The notes below the pieces were generated by a model. The model did no database searches and was not told where the DNA came from. It worked only from the letters and a program-made list of their open reading frames with translations. DNA of 64,000 nt from an uncultured Chloroflexia bacterium (lineage in GTDB: Bacteria; Chloroflexota; Anaerolineae; CG2-30-64-16), in assembly GCA_963810095.1 (NCBI GenBank), contig CAWEMM010000014.1, forward strand, positions 1-64,000, read 5' to 3'. Made by a program: the position numbers and the translations under genes. Below, piece after piece: positions 9,435 through 21,624 of the stretch; positions within the stretch are counted from its first letter, which is position 1, and every line of letters starts with the position of its first letter.

Positions 9435-10596
9435 ATGCTTATCATCACTCACGCTGACTGTGGTTACGCCCGCCGGTAGACAGCCGGATCGAGTGGTCGT
9501 GGTCGAGAACGGCCGGATTGCCGCCGTCGCGCCCGCCGGGGATGCAACACGGCTGGCCGGCGCCGAGGTCGTCGACGCGGCGGGTTTGGTCGTCGTCCCC
9601 GGGTTCATCGACCTCCAGGTGAACGGCGCTTTCGGCAAGGATTTTACGGCCGACCCGACTGCGATCTGGGACGTCGCGCGGGAGTATGCCCGCTATGGCG
9701 TAACGAGCTTCCTGCCCACGATCATCACCTCGCCCCTCGACAACATCGCGGCCGCACAGGCCGTCGTTTGCCGCCCGCCCGCGGGCTTTCGCGGCTGCGA
9801 GCCCCTCGGGTTGCACGTCGAAGGACCTTTTCTGAACCCCGCGCGCAAGGGCGCGCACAACCCCGACTTCCTCCGCCCGCCCACGCTCGACGCGGTCGCA
9901 AACTGGGCCCCGAAAACGGGCGTGCGGCTGGTCACCCTGGCCCCCGAGCTGCCGGGCGCGTTGGAGGTCATCCGCTCGCTGGCGGCCCGAGGGGTCGTGG
10001 TCAGCGCGGGACACAGCATGGCGACGTATGCCGAGGCGCTGGCCGGATTCGACGCCGGCATACGCTACGGCACGCATCTCTTCAACGCCATGCCGCCGCT
10101 GGCACACCGGGAGCCCGGCCTGCCCGGCGCGCTGCTCACGGATGAGCGCGTCGCAGCCGGCTTCATCCCTGACGGCGTCCACACGCATCCGGCGATCATC
10201 CGCCTGGCCTGGAAGCAGCTCGGCCCCGGGCGCTTCAGCATGGTCACCGACTGCATGGCCGCACTCGGCATGGGCCCCGGCCGGCATATGCTCGGCGACT
10301 TCGAGGTGCTTGTGGACGGAACCAGCGCCCGCCTCGCGGACGGCACGCTGGCAGGCAGCATCCTGTCGCTCGATCAGGGCCTGCGCAACCTCGTGCGCGA
10401 AACCGGCTGTACGCTCGAAGACGCTCTCGCAACGGTGACGACGCTCCCTGCCCGGCTCCTCGGCGTTGGGCACGAGCGCGGGCGCATCGAGCCGGGCTAC
10501 ATTGCCGACCTCGTGCTGCTGTCGTCTGACGGGGAAGTCAGCGCGACGATTGCCAGGGGTGAGATCGTCTATCGCGCGCCGGGTGACCTCGCGTAA
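9435..10596 (+). CDS. nagA: N-acetylglucosamine-6-phosphate deacetylase
   Basis: [41 protein letters not shown] and LAGS motifs. Probable start ATG 9435 with an early frameshift. Confidence 0.93.
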
Positions 10597-10606
10597 AGGA
10601 GATCTC

Positions 10607-11667
10607 ATGCCGCTCATCGACAAAAACACGCTGCATGTCTACCGGGAGATACACGAACAGCCGGAAGTGCTCAGGCGGCTGTTGGGTGAGGAGCAGGCCG
10701 CGGTGGACGCGCTCGCTGCCGCCATCGAGCAGCGGGGCGTCTCGCACGTCATCATCGCCGCCCGCGGCACCAGTGATAACGCGGCCCGCTACGCCCAGTA
10801 CCTGCTCGGTGCGTACAACCGGCTGCCCATCGGCCTCGCTGCGCCCAGCCTGTTCTCCATCTACGACGCGCCCCGCGCTTTGGCAATGCGCTCGTGCTCG
10901 GGGTGAGCCAGTCGGGCAAGAGCCCCGACATTGTGTCGGTGCTGGCTGAAGGCGCCGCCGGCAGGGTGCGTTGACGGCGGCTATCACCAACTTCCCGGAG
11001 TCGGACCTGGGGGACGCGGCCGAACACGTGATCGCGCTCCGCGCCGGCGAAGAACGCTCGGTGGCCGCGACCAAGACGTACATGGCCGAACTGGCGGCCA
11101 TCGCCATGCTGAGCGTGGCCCTGGCCCGCGATCGCTGAGCGGGCATCCGTGCTGGCCGGCATCCCCGTGAAGGTGCGCGAGGCGCTCGACATGCATGAGA
11201 GCATGGGCCGGGTTGCAGAACGGTATCGCTACATGACTTCGTGCGTGACGATCGGCCGGGGGTACAACTACAGCACGGCGTTCGAGCTGGCGCTCAAGAT
11301 GAAGGAAATGACCTACACGGTCGTCGAGCCATATTCCAGCGCGGATTTTCTGCACGGTCCGTTTGCGCTGCTGGCGCCGGGCTTCCCGGTCTTTGCGATC
11401 GCGCCCTCGGGGAAGATGCTGCCCGAGCTGCGGACGTTCATGGGCCAGGTGCAGGAGCGCGAGGCCGAGCTCGTGGTCATCAGCGACGATGCGGACGCGC
11501 TCGCGGCCGCCCGGGTGCCACTGGCGCTGCCTGGGGGCGTGCCCGAGTGGCTCTCGCCGCTTCCGGCCATCGCGGTCGGCCAGCTTTTTGCGATGGAACT
11601 CGCGGTGACGCGCGATCTCAACCCCGACCAGCCGCGCGCCCTCCGGAAGGTCACCGAGACGAGATAG
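10607..11667 (+). CDS. SIS-domain protein (GlmS-isomerase-like, probable glucosamine-6-phosphate deaminase), frameshifted
   Basis: [47 protein letters not shown] and [14 protein letters not shown] motifs across frames. AAGGAG SD; directly follows nagA. Confidence 0.88.
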
Positions 11668-11675
11668 AGAATGGA

Positions 11676-11757
11676 GACGCAGATGAGACTGGTTGAACTG
11701 ATCGTCGTGATTTCAGCAGCAATCAGGGAGATCAGTTCAATCGGTTGAATCAGCGTC
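11676..11757. repeat. Periodic palindrome, GACGCAGAT family (9-nt period), copy 1
   Basis: gacgcagat-gagactggt-tgaactgat-cgtcgtgat ... atcagggag-atcagttca-atcggttga-atcagcgtc, between convergent genes. Confidence 0.75.
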
Positions 11758-11762
11758 CCAGC

Positions 11763-14700
11763 CTATTTCCCCTTGGGCGGCTTTTTCGGGGGCTGGGGTG
11801 TGCCGGCAGGAGCCGGCCCATCCGGCGGGAGCAGTGTCATCTGGCCGCCGGCCGGCGGGGTGGGGCGCGCCATGACGCCCGGCTTGCCCTCGCGGCTCAC
11901 CACGTCATCCGGCTCGGCCTTCGCGATGGGAAGCTCGCCGGGCTTCTTGCCGTGCGTCACCTTGGGCCCAGGCGAAGCGGCGGGCGGCTCTTCAGCCGCG
12001 GCCTGAGCTTTCGCCTCGGGCTTGGCCTTCGCCGCAGCCGACTCGGTCTGGCCCTTAGCCGCCGGCTTGGGCTCTGATGCTGCCTCTGTCTTGGTGTTCG
12101 CAGCCGGCTTGGCCTTTGTTGCCGGGGCTTCGGGCTTCGGAGCACCCGCGCTTGGCTTGGCGGGCGCTGCAGTTTTTGATTTGGCCGCTGTGGCTTTGAC
12201 CGGCGTGCCCGCAGGCTTTGCGCCGGCGGTGGGGATGTCCGGCTTGGGCGGCGCGGGCTCGGCCTTGACGGCCGGCGCGGCGTCTTCCGGCTTGCCGGCC
12301 GCCGTCGCGCATGTCGCGCGCGCTGCGGTCCCGGTCTTGCCCGGCGCCGGTTCGGACTTCGCGGCCGCAGCCTTCGTCTTGGGCGCCTCGGCTTTCGTGC
12401 TGCGCTTCGATTTTTCGGCAGCGCCCGAGCCGTTTGTCTTCGGCCCCTCGGGTGCGACGCCACCTTCGGGCAGCAGAATGGCGCCGCTGGCCTGCAGCGC
12501 GCCCAGCACCAGTACGACTTTGCCCGCCCCCGTACGCGGTGCGGCCGGGATCGCCTTCGCGGTCAACGGCTTCGGAGCCCCGTCGCTGACTGCCACCAAC
12601 AGCTTGTCGACCGGCTTGACCAGCAAGCTAGCCACAATTGGCCCGCTCTTGGTTGCCAGCTTGGCGCCGACGCCCTGCGTCCCGCGGCCCTTGGCCGGGA
12701 AGTCGGCCAGCGGCGAGCGGCGGCCGTATCCCGCGCTGGTGAGCAGCGCCAGCTCCCGGTCCGTGTTTTCGTGGGTGACCACTGCCCCGCCGACCACTCG
12801 GTCGTCCCCTTGCAGCTTGATCCCCGCGATGCCGCCTGCGGGCAGCCCCATGGGTCGGACATCATCCTCGGCGAAGCGGATGACCTGGCCCGCGGCTGTG
12901 ACGAGCATAATCTCGCCGCCGCCGCTGCTGACGCCGGCCCAGGCAAGCGTGTCGTCGTCCAGCTTGATCACGTTGGGATTGGCCTGCGCCGCCGCGGCCA
13001 GGTCGGCCATGTTGATCCGCTTGATCGCGCCCTTTGCCGTCGCCAGCACCAGGAAACCTTCCACGGGCTCGCCGTTGGGCTTCTGCGCAGTAAAGGCCGC
13101 GGCAATATGATCCCCTCGCTTCAACCCACCCAGGTCGAAGTGGTTTGCGCCCGCGCCGTCGGGCAGCTGGTGCACGCCGATCCGCGTGGCCTGCCCCCGC
13201 CGGTTGATCAAGTACAGGTCGCAGTGGGTGTTGGCCTCGAGCACGAACAACGGGGCGGCTGTTCCCGCGGGCAAGCGCTCGGGCGCCCGGCCCACGGTCC
13301 CGTCGCTCCGCACGGTCACCCACACGTCCTCTTCGGGCAGCACGTCATGGACTGTCAGCGCGCCGCGGGCCTGGTCGGTGATCTGGGTGCGCCGCGCGTC
13401 GCCGTAGGTGGCCTTAAGATCGACCAGGTTCTGCCGGATCAGCGCAAGCACCCTTTTTGGCGATGCGATCAAGGCTTCCAGTTCCTTGATCGAGCGCGAT
13501 CACCTCCCGGTACTCGTCCTGCAGCTTCTTCCGTTCGAGGGCCGCCAGCCGGCGCAGCTGCATGTCGAGAATGGCCTGCGCCTGGAGCTCGCTGAACTCG
13601 AACTGCTTCATCAGGCCCTGCCGCGCGACGTCGGCGGTCCGCGACGCCCGGATCAGCGCGATCACCTCGTCCAGGATGTCGAGCGCCTTGAGCAGCCCTT
13701 CGAGGATGTGGGCGCGTGCCTTGGCCTTCTTCAGGTCGTGCTTTGCACGGCGCAGAATGACCTCTTGCCGGTGCTCGATAAAATGCAGGAGCATGCGCTT
13801 GAGGCTGAGCAGCTTTGGCTCGCCGTCGACCAGCGCCAGGAGCGAGATGCCGAAGGTCTGCTGCAAGGGCGTGTACTTGTACAGCATCGCCAGGACGTCG
13901 CGCGGCTCGACGGTGCGCGTCATCTCGATGCAAAGCCGCATCCCGGTGCGGTCCGACTCGTCGCGCAGGTCGGTCAGCCCTTCGATACGGCCCTCGCGCG
14001 CCAGCTCCGCGATGCGTTCGATAATGTTGGTCTTGTTCGCCGTGTAAGGCAGTTCGGTCACGACGATGCGGCTGCGGTTGCGGCTCATCTCTTCGATGTG
14101 AGCGCGCGCCTGCATCGTGACCATACCCCGGCCGCTCGCATACGCCTGGGCAATCAGGTCCTCGCGCTCGCCTTCTGCGCCCGGCGCGCCGTAGCGGAAA
14201 GCCACACCCCCGGTGGGGAAGTCGGGGCCGGGAATAAACTTCATCAGGTCCTCGACCGTCACGTCTTCGCGACGGTCGTAGTTGTCGATCAGGTGGCACA
14301 GCGCATCGCAAACCTCGCCCAGGTTATGCGGCGGGATATTAGTGGACATGCCGACGGCAATGCCGCTGGAGCCGTTCACGACGAGATTGGGCAGGGCCGC
14401 AGGGAGCACGAGCGGCTCCTTGAGGGTGCCGTCGAAGTTGTCGCCCCATTCGACCGTGTCCTTCTCGATGTCGTTCAGCATCTCCATTGCGATCTTGGCG
14501 AGGCGGGCCTCCGTGTACCGCATGGCTGCCGCATTGTCGCCGTCGATCGACCCGAAGTTGCCCTGCCCGTCGACCAAGGGATACCGCAGCGAGAAGTCCT
14601 GGGCCATGCGCACCATGGCCTCGTAGACGGCCGCGTCGCCGTGCGGATGATACTTGCCCAGCACCTCGCCGACGATGCGCGCCGATTTCTTGTACGGCAG

Positions 14701-14874
14701 CTCGGGCCGCAGGCCCAAGTCATACATCGCATACAGGATGCGGCGGTGCACCGGTTTGAGCCCGTCGCGCACGTCGGGCAGCGCCCGCGCCACAATCACG
14801 CTCATGGCGTAATCGAGATAGGACGCTTGCATCTCCGCGTCGATGTTGATGCGCTTGATCGTTCCTAGTTCCAT
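11763..14874 (-). CDS. Type IIA topoisomerase subunit A (GyrA/ParC family; lacks a canonical GyrA-box), frameshifted near 13480
   Basis: [42 protein letters not shown] (catalytic Tyr), [14 protein letters not shown], beta-pinwheel repeats and a Lys/Ala/Pro-rich tail. Confidence 0.92.
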
Positions 14875-14943
14875 TGAGTGCCTTATATCTAGGGCTTATG
14901 AGGCCTTCGAGTCGTCACCTTTGGTGACGGCCGAACGTTGTGG

Positions 14944-17025
14944 TTATGCCTCGTCCCGCAATTGTTCCCACACGGGCCGGTTGTCCTGCACCTGCAACGC
15001 TTGGCGCAGCTCGATAATCTCGTCGCGCAGGATGGCGGCCTTCTCAAACTCCAGGTTCTGTGCGGCCGTCTTCATCTGCTTTTCCAGATCCTTGATCAGC
15101 CGGGCGGCCTCGTCCTTCGGCATCGTCGAGGGTACCCCTGCGGGTCCCGTCCGGTATTCCGGGCCGCCTTCAGCGACCGCACCGCCCGGCAGCCCCCGCA
15201 AAGCGCGGGCTGGGTGAGCCCCGCTCAGCCTGCAGTCGCTGGGTCAGGTCGCGCACGGCCTTGACGATAGACTGCGGCACGATGCCGTGCGCCTTGTTGT
15301 AGTCCTCTTGCTTCGCCCGCCGGCGGTTGGTTTCCTCAATCGCCCGCCGCATCGAGTCCGTGAGATTGTCCGCGTAGAGGATCGCCGTGCCTTCGACGTG
15401 GCGGGCGGCCCGGCCGATGGTCTGGATCAGCGCCTGCTCGGAGCGGAGGAACCCTTCCTTGTCTGCGTCAAGGATCGCCACGAGGCTGACCTCGGGCAAG
15501 TCCAGGCCCTCGCGCAGCAGGTTGATGCCCACTATCACGTCGTAGATGCCCAGCCGCAGGTCCCGTAGGATCTCGATGCGCTCCAGGGTCTGCACTTCGG
15601 AGTGCAGATAATGCACCTTCACCCCCACTTCCTGCAAATAATCGGCCAGGTCTTCTGCCATGCGCTTGGTCAGCGTGGTCACCAATACCCGCTGGCCGTT
15701 CGCCGTCCGCTTGCGGATCTCCTTCAGCAGGTCGTCCACCTGGCCCTTGGTCGGCCGGATCTCCACCTGCGGGTCGACCAGCCCGGTTGGGCGGATGATC
15801 TGCTCGACAACCTGGCTCGACTTGCTCAACTCGTAAGCCGCAGGCGTGGCCGACGTATAGATGACCTGGTTCAGCGTTTCCTCGAACTCCTCGAACTTCA
15901 AGCGGCCGGTTGTCGAGTGCGCTGGGCAGGCGGAAACCGTAGTCCACGAGCACCATCTTGCGCGAACGGTCGCCGTTATACATGCCGTGGACCTGCGGGA
16001 CCGTCATGTGCGACTCATCCATGATCAGCAGCCAGTCCTTCGGGAAGTAGTCGAGCAGCGTGAAGGGCCGCGAGCCCGCGGGGCGCAGGGCCAGGGGTCT
16101 GCTGTAGTTCTCGATCCCCGAGCAGAACCCCACCTCGCGCAGCATCTCGATGTCGTACCGCGTCCGCTGTTCCAGCCGCTGCGCTTCGAGCAGCTTCCCT
16201 TCGTCCCGAAACTTCTTGAGTTGCTCCTCCAGCTCCGCCTCGATCAACTGGATGGCCTCGGTCAGCTTCTCCTGCGGGGTGATAAAGTGCTTGGCGGGGA
16301 AGATCTCGATCTCGTCCAGCTTGCGCAGCACCTCACCGCTCAGCGGGTCGATCTCGGTGATGCGGTCGACCTCGTCGCCGAAAAACTCCACCCGGTATGC
16401 CAGGTCGGCGTACGCGGGCATCAATTCGAGCGTATCGCCGCGTACCCGGAACTTGCCGCGGCGCAGCTCAAAGTCGTTGCGCTCGTAGAAAATCTCGACC
16501 AACTCGCGCAGGACCAACTCGCGGCGGTAGCCCTCGCCCACCTTGAGCTTGACCGTGACCCGGCCGTACTCTGCAGGATCGCCCAGGCCGTAGATGCACG
16601 AGACCGACGCAACGATCAGCACGTCACGGCGGCTCAGCAGGGCGGACGTGGCGGCGAGGCGCAGCCGGTCGATCTCGTCGTTGATCTGCGAGTCTTTCTC
16701 GATATAGGTGTCCGTCCGGGGCAGATAGGCCTCGGGCTGGTAGTAGTCGTAGTAGCTGACGAAGTACTCCACCGCGTTGTTCGGGAAGAACTCCTTGAAT
16801 TCGCTGTAAAGCTGCGCGGCCAGGGTCTTGTTGTGTGCCAGTATGAGCGTGGGGCGGTTCACGTTCTCTACGATCGCGGCCATGACATAGGTCTTCCCCG
16901 TGCCCGTCGCCCCGAGTAGCGTTTGGTGCGGTATACCCCTCGCGCAGGCCCGCCGTGAGGCGCGCAATCGCGTCCGGTTGGTCGCCGGTGGGCTTGAAAT
17001 CCGATACCAGCTTGAAATCCGGCAT
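14944..17025 (-). CDS. uvrB: Excinuclease ABC subunit B, frameshifted
   Basis: [58 protein letters not shown] and a C-terminal UVR motif ([11 protein letters not shown]). About 3 frame changes. Confidence 0.96.
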
Positions 17026-17060
17026 GCCATCCCCCAGTTAGTTACGCCTTAACTGCTTAT

Positions 17061-17089
17061 ATCATACTCGATCGACGAGGTTTCTGCAA
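17061..17089 (-). promoter_or_regulatory. sigma70-type promoter for uvrB
   Basis: Minus strand TTGCAG-N17-TATGAT. Confidence 0.65.
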
Positions 17090-17108
17090 GATATCGGACC
17101 AAGAAATC

Positions 17109-17120
17109 GAACGAAAGTTC
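17109..17120. promoter_or_regulatory. LexA (SOS) box, GAAC-N4-GTTC type
   Basis: GAAC-GAAA-GTTC 84 bp upstream of uvrB; this is the motif used by Firmicutes, Actinobacteria and Chloroflexota LexA. Confidence 0.8.
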
Positions 17121-17153
17121 CACGGTTGGCGCATACCAGCGCCGGCTGTCACG

Positions 17154-17182
17154 TTGACGATCCTCTGTCAAAACGTTACAAT
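17154..17182 (+). promoter_or_regulatory. sigma70-type promoter for the GH3-like gene
   Basis: TTGACG-N17-TACAAT, 30 bp before ATG 17213. Confidence 0.7.
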
Positions 17183-17212
17183 AGTCGTGCCGGTCCACAG
17201 CCGGCTCTGCCC

Positions 17213-20200
17213 ATGCGCAAAGTGCCCTGTTTGCTCTCTCTGGTCGTTCTGCTGGTTAGCTTGGTCCTGCCGCCGGCTGCGTTCGCGTTCGGCACGGATC
17301 CGGCTCCCGCGCGCCCTGCAGGGGCAACCGCCCGAGCCAAGCCCCACGGCCCCTGCCGCTTCGGCCGTTCTCGACACCAAGACAATCCTGAAGCGGATGA
17401 CCGTAGCGGACAAGGTCGGCCAGCTCTTTCTGGTTTCCTTCGAGGGTCGCGATGTCGGCCCTGACTCCGATATCGCCACCCTCGTCCGTGATTATCGGGT
17501 CGGCGGCGTGGTCCTTCAGCCTGCCAACGACAATTTCCGCAATGTGCCCGTTCCGGCACAGCCGGTCACCGGCACGAACGAGGCGCTCAACGATCTGCTG
17601 ACCACGCCGGTCCAGATCGCGCTCCTGGCGAATACGCTGCAAGGCTTCGCACTCACGCGCGCCCCGGCCACTCTCGGCAGGCAGCGCCATCACCGCGACC
17701 GCACCGGTTACGGCCAGCGGCGGGCTCACCGGCACTGCGCCGGTCGCGCCGACGTCTGCAGCACAGCCCCCCGCGGCCGCAGTCCCCGTCACGGCGACGA
17801 TTCCGGCAGCGGCGGTGGCCCCCGAGCCCAATCCTACCGCCACCGGGACGGCGGCGGCCGTTCGGGGTGCGCGCGGGGCGACTGCCCGCCCAACCGCCAG
17901 CGGGCCAGGCGCGGCCGAGGGCACGCCCGTGGCGGGCGCGGGCGAGCCGGACGAGACTGCGGCGAACGGGCTGCCTCTATTCGTGGCGCTAGACTGGGTG
18001 GGCGACGACAGCTCATTCCTCAACGGTCAGGGCGGTTTTACCCCCCTGCCCAGCTCGATGGCGCTCGGCGCGACCTGGTCGCCACAACTTGCAGAGCAGG
18101 CGGGGCAGGTGATGGGCCGGGAGCTCGAGGCGGCGGGCGTCAACCTGCTGCTGGGACCGACGCTTGACGTCTCGGACGTGCCGCGGCCGGGCAGTCGTGG
18201 CGACCTCGACACGCGAACGTTCGGCGGCGATCCCTTCTGGGTCGGCCAGATCGGCCAGGCGTTCATTCGGGGGGTGCAGTCCGGGGCCGCCGGTGGCGTG
18301 GTCACTGCGGCCAAGCACTTCCCCGGGCAAGGCGGCTCGGACCGCGGCCCCGAGGACGAGGTCGCCACGGTCCAGAAGTCCGTGGAACAACTGCGGCAAA
18401 TCGAGCTCGCGCCCTTCGCCACCGTAACGGACGGCGGAGACCTGTCGGCGCCGGGGATCACCCCCGCGCTGATGACCTCCCACATCCGCTACCGCGGGTT
18501 CCAGGGCAACATCCGGGAAACGACGCCCCCGATCAGCCTGGCGCCGCAGCTGCAGGACCTGATGGAACTGCCCGAATTCGCCGCATGGCGCTCCGCGGGC
18601 GGCGTGCTCATCAGCGACCAGCTCGGCGTGCCGGCGCTCCGCCGCTACTACAGCCCCAACCTGAGCGAATTCCCGCACCGCCGGGTGGCCCAGGACGCTT
18701 TTCTTGCGGGCAACGATCTCCTGTATCTGGGCCGCTTTGCGCTCACCGACAACGCGGCTGACCAGGTCACGGCGATTAAGGAAACCATCCTCTTCTTCCA
18801 GGAAAAGTACAAGAACGACAGCGCGTTTGCGGCCCGGGTAGACGCCGCGGTCGAGCGGATCGTGGCCTTGAAGCTGCGCACCTACAACGGCGACTGGCAG
18901 CTGAGCAAGCTCGAGCGTGACCCGCAGACAGTGGCCGCGAGCGTCGGTGAGGCAAGCACCGTCACGCGCTCGGTCGCCCGGGCGGGCATGACCCTGATCT
19001 ACCCCGGCCGGGATCAGTTCGCCGACCGGCTGCCTGCCGCCCCGCTGGCAAATGAGAAGATCGCTCGTCTTCACCGATGCCCGGGAGGTGCGCGAGTGTT
19101 CTGGCTGCGAGCCTGCGCCCGTGATCGACCGGGAGGCTTTGCAGAAGATCATCCTGCGAGCTGTACGGGCCGGACGCGACCGCGCAGGTCGACCCGGCCA
19201 ACGTTCGCAGCTTTACCTTCGCGCAGCTCGCCGAAACCCTGGACGAGCCGGGCAAGAACGCCGGCATTGAGAAGGCGATTGACGACGCCCGCTGGATCGT
19301 CTTCGCACAGCTCGATCAACGGCCGCAGGAGTTGCCTGCTTCGGCCGCGCTGAGCGAGTTCCTCGCGAAGCGTTCGGACGGCCTGCGGGATAAGCGGCTG
19401 GTCGTCTTTGCATTTGCCGCGCCCTATTACCTCGACACCACCGAGATCAGCAAGCTGACTGCGTATTTCGGCGTGTATGCGCATACCGGTCCGTTCCTCG
19501 AGACCGCGGTTCGAGCGCTCTTCCGCGAGTTCACGCCCGGCGGCGCACCGCCGGTGACCGTGTCGGGAATCAACTACGAGCTGATCAACCAGCTCGAGCC
19601 CGCGCCGGGCCAGATCATTTCGCTGTCTCCGGTGAGCAGCGGCGACGTTATCAGTGGGAGCATCAAGGTCGGCAGCCAGATCGAGCTGGAGACGGGCATC
19701 ATCCTGGATCAGAAGGGCCACCCGGTGCCCGACGGCACGCCGGTCGAGTTCAGCCTGCGCTATCCTACCGAATCGCTGGCGCTCGCGCCGAAGGTGGAGA
19801 CGACCGCCGGCGGGCGGGCACGCACGATCGTTGCCCTGGATCGGGCGGGTGAGCTCTGGATCACGGCCGCGTCGGGCGAAGCAAAGAATTCGACCCGTAT
19901 TGAGCTGCGGGTCGGCGGAGACACGCCCGGCACCATCGCGACGGTCGTCCCCTCGCCTACGCCCTCGCCCACGCCCCAGCCCACCGTCACCTCCACGCCG
20001 ACGGCTACGGCCACGCTCACGCCCGAGCCGACCGAAACGCCGGCTCCCGTTGTGGCCGCGCTGCCCCCGCCCGCAAAACCGCGCGTCGCCTTCGGCGCGT
20101 TCTTTGCGGCCTTGCTCGGCGCGGCGCTGTCGGCGGGCGCGGTGTTCATGCTGCGCAAGCGAGGTCAGCCCTTGGGCGGAGACGAGGCGAACGACGTGCA

Positions 20201-20384
20201 GGCGCTGGTGGCGGCTCTGTGGGCCACGGCCATCGGATGGATCGCTTATTTGTTGTACGCGTTTGGTTGGCTGCCCGGCGCCACGACGGTGCAGGCTCGA
20301 GGATGGGTGTGGGCCGCGGGAGCGGTCACCTTTGTTGCCGGCCTGCTGACCCTGTTCTGGACCGGGCGCAGACGCGAGGCGTAG
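17213..20384 (+). CDS. Secreted, C-terminally membrane-anchored glycoside hydrolase family 3 (NagZ-like) protein, frameshifted
   Basis: Signal peptide MRKVPCLLSLVVLL...AFA. GH3 motifs KVGQLFLV, VGGVVL, MALGAT, LLLGPTLDV, RTFGGDP, AKHFPG, ELAPF, ISDQL and AGNDLL. Ig-like segment (DQKGHPVPDGTPVEF), PT-rich linker and about 3 C-terminal TM helices. Confidence 0.8.
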
Positions 20385-20473
20385 GGCTTTGCCAGGGCGG
20401 GCGAAGAGAGCGCAGCGGGGATGTCTGCCTTACAGCCTTTGCCGCGCCCCTGTGAGCTCCATGGCAGACCGTT

Positions 20474-21493
20474 CTAGGGCAGTTGCGGCGAAAGAAGCGT
20501 GACGAGCAGCGCGGTGGCGGTCAACAGCACGACGGTGGCGACGAGCGCAGCGTGTTGGGCCAGCAACTCGCGCCACAGCCCCTGTGTCTCGCTGAAGCTG
20601 GGCAGCCGGCCCGTACTGCCCGGAGCGGCTTTCTCGGGATCGTCGGCGAACAGCAGTTGGCGGAAAGCCTCCACCGTGGGGGGACGGTCGTCGGGGTGCT
20701 GCGCGATGGCCGCAAGGATCGCCCGCTCGGTGCGGGGGGAGACGCGGGCGTTGATCTCGCGGGGCGGCACGAGGCTGCCCGGCCGCAGGAATCGCTGCTT
20801 GGCGTCCGCCGGCGGCTGGCCGGTCAGCAGGTGGAACAGGGTCGCCCCAAGCGAATAGACGTCCGAGCGGATGTCGGTGTGGCCCGAATCGCCGCCGTAT
20901 TGTTCGAGTGGCGTGTACGCGACGGTACCGCGGCCCTGGACGACGGTCACGGTCCGGTTCTCGTCCGGCTGGAGCAGCTTGACAAGCCCAAAATCGACCA
21001 GCTTGACCACACCCCTCGGTGTGAGTTTAATGTTCGATGGTTTGATGTCGCGGTGGAGGACGGGCGGCTCTTGCGTGTGCAGATACGTCAGGGCATCGCA
21101 AAGCTGGGTCGCCCAGCCGAGGGCTTGTTCTTCCGGGATGAAAGTGTCCTTACGCCGGGCCTCTTCGACAAGCTGGCGGAGGTCGGACCCGGGGACGAAG
21201 TCCATGACGAGGTACTGCCGGCCGTCTTGCTCGAAATAGTCCGAAACCTTGGGCAGGTTAGGGTGGTCGAGGCGGGCAAGGACGCTCGCTTCACGATAGA
21301 ACTGGTCCAGGCTCTGGTCCTCCCCCGTCGAGGGGCCCATGGCCTCGGGGAGGACTTCCTTGACCGCGCAGACCCGGCCGCGCAGCCGCAGGTCGTTGGC
21401 CTTGTAGACCGCGCCCATGCCGCCCTGGCCGACCAGGTCAATGATTTCATAGCGCTCGCGCAGGACTGCGCCAACGGTGAGTGGTTGAGACAT
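20474..21493 (-). CDS. Hanks-type Ser/Thr protein kinase with a single C-terminal TM helix
   Basis: [25 protein letters not shown] and [10 protein letters not shown] motifs; hydrophobic C-terminus; no PASTA domains. Confidence 0.93.
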   Translation of the reverse strand: MSQPLTVGAVLRERYEIIDLVGQGGMGAVYKANDLRLRGRVCAVKEVLPEAMGPSTGEDQSLDQFYREASVLARLDHPNLPKVSDYFEQDGRQYLVMDFVPGSDLRQLVEEARRKDTFIPEEQALGWATQLCDALTYLHTQEPPVLHRDIKPSNIKLTPRGVVKLVDFGLVKLLQPDENRTVTVVQGRGTVAYTPLEQYGGDSGHTDIRSDVYSLGATLFHLLTGQPPADAKQRFLRPGSLVPPREINARVSPRTERAILAAIAQHPDDRPPTVEAFRQLLFADDPEKAAPGSTGRLPSFSETQGLWRELLAQHAALVATVVLLTATALLVTLLSPQLP

Positions 21494-21509
21494 AAGTATG
21501 ATCGATCTT

Positions 21510-21582
21510 ACCACAAAGGCTTGAAGACACGAAGACCCGCCGAGGTCCTTCCTGCGCCTTTGCGCCTGCGTGTCTCCGTGGT
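21510..21582. repeat. Periodic palindrome, ACCAC-AAG family (8-nt period), copy 1
   Basis: accacaaaggcttgaagacacgaag ... ctttgcgcctgcgtgtctccgtggt. Confidence 0.7.
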
Positions 21583-21624
21583 GAAAGCGCGATCAGTTTC
21601 TCGGGGTCGGGGGTGCGACGGGGC

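Noticed and set aside
11136-11138. In-frame TGA in the SIS gene as selenocysteine or readthrough
   Set aside because: Homology continues in a different frame, so a one-base insertion explains it. The position is not a Cys site.
13414-17030. Programmed frameshifting or true pseudogenes in uvrB and the topoisomerase gene
   Set aside because: No consistent slippery sites are seen, and the indel density is similar across all gene classes, consistent with sequencing error.
19940-20045. Tandem DNA repeat
   Set aside because: It simply encodes the Pro/Thr linker (PSPTPSPTPQPT) of the GH3-like protein.
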